This document shows, piece by piece, positions 37,866-49,800 of a DNA stretch of 64,000 nt (positions are counted from its first letter, which is position 1; every line of letters begins with the position of its first letter). The stretch is from Vitrella brassicaformis CCMP3155 (taxonomy: Eukaryota > Protista > Chromerida). The stretch covers positions 36,818 to 100,817 of the forward strand of contig CDMY01000362.1 of NCBI GenBank assembly GCA_001179505.1, given 5' to 3'. Made by a program: the position numbers and the translations under genes. The notes under the pieces were generated by a model, which did not search any database, was not told where the DNA came from, and saw nothing but the letters and a program-made list of their open reading frames with translations.

Positions 37866-40800
37866 GCGTCTCTTGTTCTGTAGCTGCGCGTTGAATGTGC
37901 AAGACGATTCCATCCCCGATGCCGCTTTACCTTATTCTTGCTTGGGTCAGCCTCATTTCGTCTGCAACAGAAGCCTCAGCCTCCGCTGCAGTCTTCCACT
38001 GCAAAGTGGGTCTCCTCTGCACGCTCCGCCTGCAGGAATCCCATTCAACGGGTAACTGTCAGTGCACGTGAGTCCGCAATGCCATTGTGTTCTTCTGCTG
38101 TGACTTTTGCTTGCAGGCGCTGAAGTCGTGAATGAGATTGTGCTTTCATCCTCTCCTTGTGAGAACCTCCTGGCGGTGACTACCGAGCTTCTCGGCATCA
38201 CGGCAATTCGCGGCGATAATGGAGGACAATTCCGGCTCGGCGAGCCCCGCTCTACCGGACGATTCGAGCTTTGCTGGTACGCAATACCCATTGCCCGCTC
38301 ACTCACCATTCTTGAGATCATGTCACCAGGTGTGGCGGCTTTGGCAAGAACGGGTGCGGCTCCAGCGCTGGCAAATTGATAGTAACAAATGAGCCGCGGC
38401 GTCTGCAGGGGACGCCAATGTCACACGAAGGCGAAGGCGAAGGAGAAGGGATTATCAAGATGCCTCACGAACACCAAACAGGGCCACCTGTGCCGCTGAC
38501 TTTCGAGGGGAGTGAGGGCCATCACTATTTGCCGTCAGTCTATCATCCGTTCGAGCATGAGCATATGATTGGCCCGCCGCTGCCGTTCGAGGGCTCTGAA
38601 CATGAGCATCCCCCGCCAGGCTATCATCCGTTCGAGCATGAGCATATGATTGGCCCGCCGCTGCCGTTCGAGGGCTCTGAACAAGAGCTGCAAGGAATGC
38701 CCCCAGCGCCTCACTACCACTTCGAGGGTGAACAAGAGCAATGGCTCTACCCCCAGCGCCTCACTACCACTTCGAGGGTGAACAAGAGCTGCAAGGAATG
38801 CTTCCACCCCCAGCGCCTCACCACTTCAATCCTCCTGCTGCACCCGTCTTTGAATATGAAGCAGAAGTCTCACTCTCATTTCACACGATCTTCCTTGAGA
38901 CAGAGGGAGAATCTGAGAAGTGGCGACAGCTGCTTGAGGGCGAAGGGGAAAGCGAAGTAAACAGCACCACACCCACAGCAGCACTCCATGACACACCAGG
39001 TGGGCCCCATAACGACACTTCTGTGAGGTTTGTCAAAGCAATCCCCTGCTGTTTACAGTCACGGCTGCAATGGTCTTTGCGGGAGTCTATGAAGACATTG
39101 TTGGGGTCAGAGCTCATGAAAGGTCGTCTACCAATGTGAACTTCTCTCTTATACCTGCAGAATGACAGTGAAGCTTTCGCAGAAAATTTCACAACAGCAG
39201 TCGCGATGGCGTTGTCTGTTGATGAGGTATGGTCGCCGTGGAACTGGCAGTTCTTTGTGCTTACCCTGCCTTTAATCTCTGTGGTGCAGAGCCGAATTAA
39301 TGTGAGTTCGATCCAAAACAGCAGCGTCATGGTGATCTTCACGGTAAGGAGACATGAGGAGGGAGCGAGTCGAAGAAAATGGCTTGTCATTTAGATTGCT
39401 GCAGCAAACTCATCGAATGAGGCACCTGCTTGGACACTTGTGCATGAGTTAGAGGTACAGAAGCAGCATAGTGAAGACACGTCGGTATTCTTTAGCTTTT
39501 TGCCAGAGTCAAATCGCTAACCCATCCTCGTCGTTCCGTACTGGGAGCTTTGGTAGGAGATAAAAAGCGAGTGTGTACCTGCAATGGTATCCTTCGACTC
39601 TCTTCTGCAGGAGTGCTTGCCGCTACGGCGTCGATCCAAGCTGGTACAGCTGCACATGTTTTGCGTCTTTGTGTGCATCTCTGTGCCCCGTGTGGTCAGG
39701 CTCCTTCCCTTACGGCAACGCGATAACTGCTTGTGTCGCCGGCATGGCGTGCAATATTCATCTGTCCGGCATCAGTAAGTGCCATTGATATTGACAGAAA
39801 CGTTGACTGACTTTGTTTACCACTGCGAGATGTTCTTGTTTTCCCTATAGACCTGAACAATAACGACACAGTCATCGTCTCTTCTACACCTTGCCACTCC
39901 GTGACGCCCATCGCTCAGTCCCTCTTCAAAAACGCAAGCTTTGCATCTCCATTAATCGGGACCAACGGGACGTCGTATCAGCTTGGACTGCCCCACTTCG
40001 GCGGGTCATACAAAGTCTGCTGGTATGGATAAGAGGGAACACGAAAAGGCCTGCGTTTCTCGGTCATGCCTTTTCAGGCGCTTGCGTATTTGCTAGGTGC
40101 GGAGGCTCTGTCACGGGCCGCTGCAATGCCACTGAGACGGACAAATACAACCTCACTGTGGGCGATCTTCTAGTGAAGGGTAGAAAAGAAAGAGTGTCTG
40201 CACTCCCTGGAAAGAAGAGCTCTTTCGATCAGGGCCGAGCTCTACTCCTGCAGCAATCACTTGTGTCTCGGGTGCACCTAATGACTTCCTGCTGCCTGGT
40301 GTGGCTTTGGGCAACGACGCAATCTATCTCGTGGACAACACGCAGCAGTGCGGTGAATTGATTGCCCCACCGCTTGACAATACCAAAGTGACGGGTGTGC
40401 AAACGGATAATGGCTCTGTCTACTCCCTCAACATGATGCTTCCCGGTGGCCTGTACAAGATCTGCTGGTCAGTTGTTCACTCTTGCAAAGCTTGAAAGGT
40501 CTTGATCTCCTTCTGTTTATTTGTGGTCTGCAGGTGTCCTACAGAGGCCGGATGTTCGTCCATCAGCGATTATGCAGTGAACGCAGGAGTCGTGGACATT
40601 GCAGGACCTCACTCGATATGCAGAAACTCGTCATGCAACGTAATCACGTGTCCTAACGGCACACATTGCAGCTACCCGTCTTTCGCGGGCAGAGGCCTGC
40701 TGCCGTGACAGGCTCGCCGTCCTCGATCACTGTGGAGGGGGCAGCAAAGTCGCAGCTGGGGTAGAGTACAATCCATCCAACAACTCTGCCACTGGCGTCG

Positions 40801-43800
40801 GCACTTTCTCATTTGGCTCTCTCCTGTCAAGAGTGGGCTATTTTCCAGTATGCTGGTGTGGAACCAACTGTAGCGAGCCATCAGCATTTCGTCTGCAAAT
40901 CGGACAGCTTCACATTACAGGTACGGTGAAGCGACAGAACCATCAGAAGACGTATTCGCTTTTCAATTACATGCAGGACCGAATACGACGGAACACAAAG
41001 AGCTGTGTGCACGAGGCAGCAAGTGCACGATCGAGAGTGTGTATGCCGAGGGCTTGTCCAATGACTATAGGGTCGCGTCCTCAATTCATCATGCTCGTCC
41101 CCCTCTGCCATGTTCCTGGCTGACTTCGGGAACAACCCCGCGCAGCACGGCACAGCGGCCACACCGACCAATTCCACCGCACTCTGGAGATATTCCTTCA
41201 ATCTCAATTACACTATGTCGACCCCAGGAGACTACCCGTTATGTTTTTGCGGCAAGGGAGGTCTGTGTCTCTCGGCAAGCGACTTTCGAGTAGCTCTGGG
41301 GAGTGTCACTGTGCGAGGTGAGTCAGCCCTTCTCTTGCGGTATGTAACCACTTGATGCGTTTCTCATAGGCCCTGAGAATTGGTCGTTAAACACCACGTG
41401 TGGCTTCGGATCACCTTGCAGAGTGTCTCTGCCCACCCATTCCACGCTTCAGCCGACAACTCATGATCGTCTGGCCATCCTTGAGAGCTGCGGCACGACC
41501 GATGCGAATTTCCTGGGCGGTATTGATCACAATCCAGCCAATTGGACGAGCAACTCGTCAAGTACATTTGACTTTGCAACAATGAATCTGCCGGGGCAGG
41601 AAGGGCTGCTATTATGTTATTGCAGCAGTGGGGCTCTCTGCAACAGGCCGAGCGATTTTCGTGTCACAGTCGGAAGCCTCGATGTGCCGGGGCCCACTCT
41701 TTCATCCTCGAAGAAATATGCGGTCACATGTCGCACGGGATCGGCATGCAGCTTCAACTTCACTGGCCATAATGTGACATCCAGCGACTCCATTATCGTT
41801 AGGGAATATTGCGAGCCTGGAGGCTTAACACCTGCCGAGGGCTTCTCTATTGTTAGCATCACTTCGCAAAGTGACGTCCCTACTCCGAATATGTACACCG
41901 CGTACCTCGGTCATGTTACGGCGGCCGGCGGCGTATATGAGCTGAGAAAGGCCCGCTTGTGTGTGAGACATGATTTCACCTTCGTCGATTCTCCATCATT
42001 TCCTGCGTTTGGTGCGTGCGGACATGGCATACAGCTATGCTTCTGTTCGGCAGCTATGAATTGTTCCAATCCGTCAAGCTTTGCGTCCGATTGGGGGTTT
42101 CTCACGATCCAAGGCATGGAGACAAAAGCCGTCAAGCTCTCTAATCCAGACGCGTTTTCACTTCTTTGTCTGTCGCAGGCCCCAATCAAACCAGCGCTGA
42201 GTGTTACATCGGCCGCAACTGCTCTGTGAATGTGACTGGATACGCCCTCGATTCCGCCGATAGGCTCATGGTCCTGGAGACCTGTGGGCAGACAAGCAAC
42301 ATTCCAATGGAGAGCAACCCAGTCAGTGCACAGCAGCTCATCAACCTGAATGAGACATTCAGCTACTCATTCGGACAAACTATGGCGCCGGGGGGATTGG
42401 GGGCGAGACTGTGCTGGTATGGACCCATGAATCGAAGGGACAGGTACCGAAATGCATTGTTGTGTGCAGGTGTGCTGGAGGGAGCGATTCGGGCTGCCTG
42501 ATTGCCTCCCACTTCACCGTCGACCTTGGCCCCCTTGTGTTCGTTGGTGCGACACACATAGTATGGGAACACGATGAAACACGGTGCTGATGCTTGTGAC
42601 GCCTGCATAGGTCCCATGGCCTCGTCCAGCTCGTGCTTCAGAGGACAGAACTGCTCTATCGGCCTCAACACGACATTTCCGTCCATCATGGCGACGAGCG
42701 ACACTCTGCGGGGGCACACCATGATTCGACCAAGCTGCTCCGCTGGACTCATAACTGCAGGGCTGTCCCTTAACCCTACCAACGGCACTGTGGGAACCAG
42801 TGAGGCTGAGACGCTTTATAATTTCGGTGCATTCGACGGGAACGTTGGAACAAACGCCCTCTGTTTCTGCTCCCCCAGCCATAGCGACTGCAGCCATCCA
42901 TTAGAGTTTGTGACCTCGCTTGGCGAGATGAATCTGGCCGGTATGAACGAAATATTGACATAAGGTGAGTCAGAAGATGAACCGGTATGCTTTCTTCGTT
43001 TAGGCCCAAGGCTGGCTCACAGCAACAAGACGTGTGTACAAAACACCAGCTGCTCACTGGCTCTAACGGGTCACTATCTTTCTGCCTCCGACTCCATTAT
43101 GCTGCTCGATCGCTGCGGAAGCGCGAGCACACATCCTCACTGGGTCACAAGGCAACCGCTACTCGGCCAAACTATGCACAACTCCAGCTCCTCAATCGCA
43201 AATATAAGCACTGAATGGCCCTACGACTTCGATACTAGCATGGGAAGACACGGATACGTCCCTCTCATGTTCGAATCGTTCAATCAGGAGTTGTTCCGTA
43301 TGTTGGGCAGTGGGAGATGTGCTGGTAGGTGCTTATTCACCTGAAAGCCTGACATTGTACTGTTGTCTTCGAATAGGTGCACAACCAGGACAGCCAATCG
43401 TCTTGCGCCTTCAGAGCCCAATAGCTGCCAAACTGCTGGCGATTTTGCAGTACGAGCGGGGTTTGTCACAGTCAAGGGTGAGAGGGAGGGAGGGAACGAG
43501 GAAGGAAGGGAAGGTCGATTGTAGCGACACTAGGAGTTTACTCTTTATGCTTTGGCAGGCGTGACCAGTGCACATATTCTCGCCGTGTGTACGCGAGGAG
43601 AGCCTTGTGAAATAGCCGGTGTCCAAGGACAGTACCTAGAATCATCTGACAGCGTCTTTTTCACATCATCCCCCGCCCTCTGCCAAGCGCCTGTCTCGCC
43701 TACACTCGGCATCCATCCACCAAACCCGGCGACCGCTGCAGGAGTCGGATCAGCCTATGTCTTTGTGTTGGGTCCAGCACGCAGCCCCCCCGGCAGCATC

Positions 43801-46800
43801 TTCACGGCATGCTGGTGTGGTGAAGCCGTCCAGTCGGCTGGGCCGGCAAATGCCAGCGACGCCTTCGTGTGCGAGAGTGCCAAGCCAGTGGGCAATGCCT
43901 TCATTGATGGTGAGACACGGAGAGACAAACACCATGAGTACACTCGGACCAGGTTCTTGTCTGCAGGACCTCCAAACGGACAGGTGTTTGGCGCTGCGAG
44001 TGGCGTCAAAGTGGACATTGAAGTGAGCAACGAATAAAGATAGTCCTTGCCCCTATCTGTCTTTTCTCTTTTTCTATTCAGATCATCACTTTGGGTGTCC
44101 CTTCATTCGATCCGGCTATTTTCATTGCTTCCGGCAACTCTAAGTGCAGATCCCTTGTCCACCCCTTCTCTGACGCAGTCGCTGAGCTCCTTCCATCTGC
44201 CGACTGCACTCCACTGGGCTCGTCAATGAATGTCAGCGGCATGATTGGAGCGTCCAGTGTAGAATGGGAGGGACTCAGTAGAGTGGGAGGCCTTAGCAAT
44301 GGGACAGTGGATGTCTCCTGGTACACATGTCCGTATGGTGGTCCGTCAGTCAACGTCACGGGAACCTACAAGGTGAAAGAGCACTTTCACAAGAAGGACT
44401 AAGTTGTTCGACGAAGTCTCTGTCTCCAATTTTCCCTCAGGTGTGTCTTGTCGGCGACCGCAAGTCGCCTCTGGGCGTGGGCACTGCCGTCGGCACTCTG
44501 AACGTGCTGCAGAGGCTCGACTTGTGCGACGGAGAATGCACACTGGGTTACCTTTGTGATGAAGACCCGACGTTCAACAACGGCACGTGCAGGCCTCTGT
44601 GCGGCGACGGATTTAAGATGCCAGAAGAGGAATGTGACGACGGTCAGCTGCGCGTGCTGCGTGTTTTCTGTCATTTCTGTCCGTGGAATGTCTTTTCTGT
44701 CTTCTGCAGGAGACCAGCTGGCGGGCGACGGGTGCTCAGGCCGATGCACGATCGAGCCAGGCTTTGTCTGCGAGGTCATTCAAGCAGTGTCTAATGACAC
44801 AATGCTTAATGACACGGACACCGGCGATGCCTTACCTTCGGGCCCGTCCGTGTGCGCCATCAGCTGTGAGACAGATGAGAGCGACAACTCTACCCATATC
44901 TGCTCTCGTACTCAAACCCCGCCGACGAATATCTTGCTCAGGGTAGAAGTCACCAGCGCGTCATGAAGCCTGATGCAAGTCGTGCATGTGTTTGTGTCTT
45001 TTTCTTTCAGTGCGTGTCTGCATGTGGCGATGATACGGCTGATTCCAACACTACCACACCCATCGCCAACGAGACGTCAACTGAAGAGCGGTCTACCATC
45101 GGGTGTCGCCAAGCGGAGCTCAAATTCGGAGAGAAACAAATATGCGTGCGGCTAGAGGAGGCCCAAATGGTGAGACCTCTGCATGACACTGATTGTCTGC
45201 TATGAGATTGCTGATCGTTTACTGTCGTGGCCAGGTCGCTGCGGAATTCGTTGACGGCTATGCAGGCATTCGTATCACTTTTGATGTTCCGATTGACACC
45301 CAGAAGATCCCGCTGGCTGATGGCAACTGCAGCAATGTGTTAGCGGACGAGTCCGTCTTGTCTCTCGGAGTCAACCCTCTCTGTTCGTGGGTCTCGTCAA
45401 AGGTCATCTACGTGCAGCTTGGCGCGAAGTCTCTCATGAAGCGATTTCAGCTGATTACCATAAAGGCGGGTGTGCTGCAGCGCCAAGACGCTGTGCGTGA
45501 GATCGGCTGGAACGGCACGTCGGATCGACACTCTGTCAAGGTGACTAAGGCGGCAGACCTCGGCGTTCTCGTGCCCACGGTGGTACTGAAGGGTGCCAAA
45601 GCGATCAGCTCTTGTGCTGCCCTTGAAGTCACTGGCATCGAGAGCACAGGACACGCCGGCAGGCTATTTGAGAACATCACATGGTACACACCAGAATGAT
45701 ACAAGAGGATGACTAGCTGCTGGCTTTCCTTGTTGCACACAGGACGTGTGATGATCCTGCTATCTGTACGGACGAGCTCCACACATATCTCGCGTCTTTA
45801 CCCAAGAACGAAACGTCGTCCCTTACCATCGAGGTGCCGCCACAAATCGTCTTCCAGCTTGGCCAGCACAACGCCAGCTCGAAACGCGTGAACCTGACTC
45901 TGTCTCTGAGGATCACCAACTTCCTTGCAGAAACGGCCACGGACTCATTTACCGTGTCTATCCTCATCGGAACACGCATCCCTGTCCTCGACTCTGTCAC
46001 CGAGCCAAATGTGACGATACAGCGGTCGAGTTCTCTTCTGCTAGAGGTGGCTGTGTCAGCGCCTGCCTCAGAGGGCATCTGTGAGTCCCTCGAGGCCGCA
46101 AGTGGCAGCAGTCGCATCATGATCGACTGGACGAGTGAGCCTGACGCCTCCTTGGTAGAGATGGGCTTTGGCGTCAATCCAAGAATCCTACGATTGCCCC
46201 CGTCGACGTTGGAGTATGGAAGTCAGTATGTGTTTGCTGCCGCGGCGTATTTCAACACGACCCCCGGCGACCGGTGAGTAGGCAGCTGGTCGCTGCATGT
46301 CCTCATCCTTTCATTTCTGTCTCCTTCCCTTCAGGGTGTCTATCGCATTTGAGGTGACTGTCTTGCCGCCTGCCCCTCCCATCGCACTACTCGTATCGCC
46401 TTCTCAAGCATCCGAAAGATGTACTCTTATTTTGGACGGGAGCGGCTCCTATGACCCCGCAGTAGCCGATGTCTCGTCTGCCGCCCTTGATGACAATGCC
46501 ACCGACGCTCTTGTGTACTCCTGGTTCTGCTCCCCCGAGAATAACACGGACGCCGGGTGCTTTGCCAGGGGCGGTAATCGTTTTGGCCACGGGCAGGCTG
46601 TGGAAATTGTGACCCCGGACGTCGCTGGTGTTTACCGCTTTATGATGAATGTCACTGCACTGTCAACTGATTTGACTTCAAGCGCCTTTGCCCGAGTAAA
46701 GGTATCGCAGAGCGCGCCTCCCCCTGTGTCGCTCACACCCCTCCCTGACGAAGTGTCTCCCCAATTACGACTGGACCTCTCTGGCTCTCTCGCTGGCTCA

Positions 46801-49800
46801 ACTGATTGCTCCGTCGACCAATATGCGCACCAAGATAGAATGAAATGGCTGATGGCTGAGGGTGATGGGGAGGGCTTGCTGACATACAATGCGACGGTGG
46901 CGCGAAACACAGCTACTAGTGGACTTCAAGTCTACGCCCTGGCTGGCCGTGTCCCTCCATTTGCGCTTACTGCTGGGGTATCGTATACGTTGAGGTTTGC
47001 CCTTTCGGACGCTATGCTTGATGACGAGATGGCAGTCACTGCGGTGAGGAGCGGCGATTCCGGGGTTTTTACGTATGAGGGGGGCACATTGCTCGTCGAC
47101 CGACCTCCATTTGCCGGAAGCGTTGAGGTCGCACCACTCGACGGCAATGCCGTGATCGAGGAGTTCACCATGTCTCAGTCAGGGTGGCAAGACGATGACC
47201 TGCACTGCTGTACGCATTCGCCATTGTCGATGCGGAGGTAATGAGACGCACGCGAACACGAAGGCGAATGAATCTTTACCGTCTCATGTGCAGGTGGCAG
47301 CAAACGCGACGAGTGCAGCCGAGCTCCTGCAGAACAGTACGATCCTCAAGGCATGGGATCAGAAGAGGCGATTCAAGACGACGCTCCCTCCTTCAAAGGG
47401 TCGCAATGAGTCCTATTTCATTGTCCTGGGTCGAGTTGAGGACAGCCTCGGCAGCCGATCGATGGCCAGGAGTGAGATCGTCACAGTGCGCCGACCTGTC
47501 GTCAAAGCGGGTGAGACATGGCAAATATGACGTCACACGGCTTCAACGATCTGTCTGCCTTCTGCAGACCAGCTTATCGGAACGCTGGACAAGATCGACG
47601 CTACGTCAGACCCGTCAGCAGCCCTCAACTCCCTGCAGGGGGTGTCTGAGCTGCTGGTAGGAGCGGACGAGACAACTGAAGAGGTGTCGGAGGAAGAGCA
47701 AGAGGCCAAGAAGGACGCTTCGCGGAACCTTGTGAACAAGTTCGCCCTTATGGTGGACGTGCAAGGGGATGGCGAGCTGACGGAGGATGCCGTTTCGCAG
47801 CAGATGGCTGCAGGCGCATCGATCGTCGAGGCCACCTCCAAGTCCGGCGCTCTCGACCTCGATGTACGTATACTGAATTCCATGCGCTTGTTTGTTGAGA
47901 TCGTCCTTGGTCTTTTCTGCATGGTGCTGTGCAGGTGGCTGAGAAGGCAGCCACAGCTCTGGAAAACGCACTCGATGGTGCCAAGGGCGTTGGCAAGATG
48001 ACTGTCGACACCGCATCCGATGTGGTCTCCTCTGCTGCTCTCCTATCGACTCAACTCAGTAAGGCGAACACCTCAAAGCGCTCACTCTCTACTGATGGAT
48101 CGCTCGCTGCTCATGTTACCGTCAGGTCTTTCCACCCCTGCCCCATCGGCTAATGCCACGACCAACGACACAGCCGTCACGGCCAATGGGACATCGCAGG
48201 CAGCAGGGTTGTCTAAGGCGGTGCGGGGCATGCTGGACAGTGTTGGGTTTCTCGTTGGCGAGGGGGTGGAGGTGGGCCAGGACGCCACAGTCACGATGGG
48301 AGCCATCAACCTCACCGTAGCCAAAAGGGACGCTGATGTAAGCAGAGAGACAGAGCAGCAGAAAGAATGGAATAGCACTGGCGTTTCGTTTGTCGTCAGT
48401 CGCTGTCATCCGATGGCTTCAAGTCCAGTGGGGCTGGGCCGGAAGTCACTCTACCGCCTCTCAATCTCACCAGCACGAGACGAATGACGCGATCAGAGCG
48501 CCGCCGGCTGCAGAGTGCTCCAGGCAGCACATCAAGGAGACGTGGCGCTAATGACGTCAGCATCCAATCAGTGCAGTGGCCCACAAACCCATACGGCTAT
48601 GCTGCCGACACCGGCGACAGGAACGTCAGTGACACCGTCCTCTCTTTCTCTGTCAGGTGACACAACCGCATGCATGGACAATATGCACCCTAGCAGAGCA
48701 TTTTCGGTTGTGTTGCAGGCAGGGAGAGGAGACGTTGAGGCTCAATCTAACCGAGCCCTTCGTCTTCATCATGTACGCCCCGGTAGCCGGCATCAACAAA
48801 GGCAGCACTAATCCGCGTGAGAACGACACCACTGTTTGCGGCTTCTGGGACGACGTGATAGAGATGTGGTCCTCCTACGGATGCGAGGCGGACCTCAACG
48901 CCAAACTAACAATGCAACACACTTGACATGCAAATGCAACCACACGACAGGTAAGGTGATGGACAAACAGCTGCGTACGTGTCACTTTGGGTGGGTCTGC
49001 AGACTTTGCAACCTTCGCCGGCGAGTTTGAGAGTGTTATCGAGGACGCCAACACAGATGTCTTCGCAGCCGGCGCAGAGCAGCTCTTTGCAGGCGACGTC
49101 GACCCCAACAATGTCGGCCTTTGGTTCGTCGTGACACTGACCGTGGTGATGATCGTCCTGGTATTACTGGCCGGCTGGAAAGACTGCCGCTTCGGCATGT
49201 CGAATGAGACTCTGAAGAAGGTGTGGATGCACGACAGCCTGCTGCGGAAGAAAGTGCAGACCCTGGACTCAAAGCTGCCAATGCTGAAGCGAATCCGGAT
49301 GAGTGGGAAACACTTCTTCCAAGCCTTGTCGGGCAAGAAGCACCATCTGAGCGTCAAGCACCTGCAGGAATACAGGTGCGTGAGGAAATGGAATGCCCAC
49401 TGAAGTGTTTCCATATGCACGTTTGTGGGCGCAGGGAAGTGCAAAACTATGCTCGGCAAGTGTCGATCTCTCCGGCTGTCCCAGCAAAGCAGCTGACACA
49501 GGCCAAGAGCGGCTTATCCCAGGCTAGCAAGTCCAGCAAGCGGCTCACTACTCTAAGTGTCGCTGAGGCCCTTAAGAACCCCACCACACAGGTCCGCAAA
49601 CAGGGAGGCGATAAGGCCATTCCGTGATGACCTCCAATTGTCGTCTCACAAGGCTTCGCTCTCGAGCCGTCGCCAGACGAACAAGCGCAAGGCTGTCGTA
49701 GAGCTCTGGAAGTCGAGTCTTAAACAAGTACTCGAGATATGCATGTCTAATTGACTTTTGACGTGTCTCTCCTCTGCTGCAACACAGGTTGCCGCGACAA

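Noticed and set aside
37953-38321. Minus-strand 122-aa ORF as first exon of the carboxypeptidase
   Set aside because: It is the antisense shadow of a plus-strand receptor exon (38117-38276) that matches the Cys-repeat consensus (GRFELCW|C) with the usual intron phase.
38540-38830. Repeats resembling a CRISPR array
   Set aside because: Eukaryotic context, in-frame coding units, no unique spacers of constant length and no cas genes. The same applies to 19809-19865 and 37800-37865.
39000-39058. Additional frameshift before the SEA-like module
   Set aside because: Explained by a 59-nt phase-1 intron (GTGGGC...TTTACAG).
41942-42032. Mutated donor (CTGAGA) in the receptor gene
   Set aside because: A canonical in-phase GTGAGA lies 21 nt downstream and the frame is open anyway, so no defect needs to be invoked.
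43230-43310. Non-canonical splice site in repeat 9
   Set aside because: A canonical GT-AG intron 43258-43310 yields GRHGY-WEMCW, which fits the repeat consensus.
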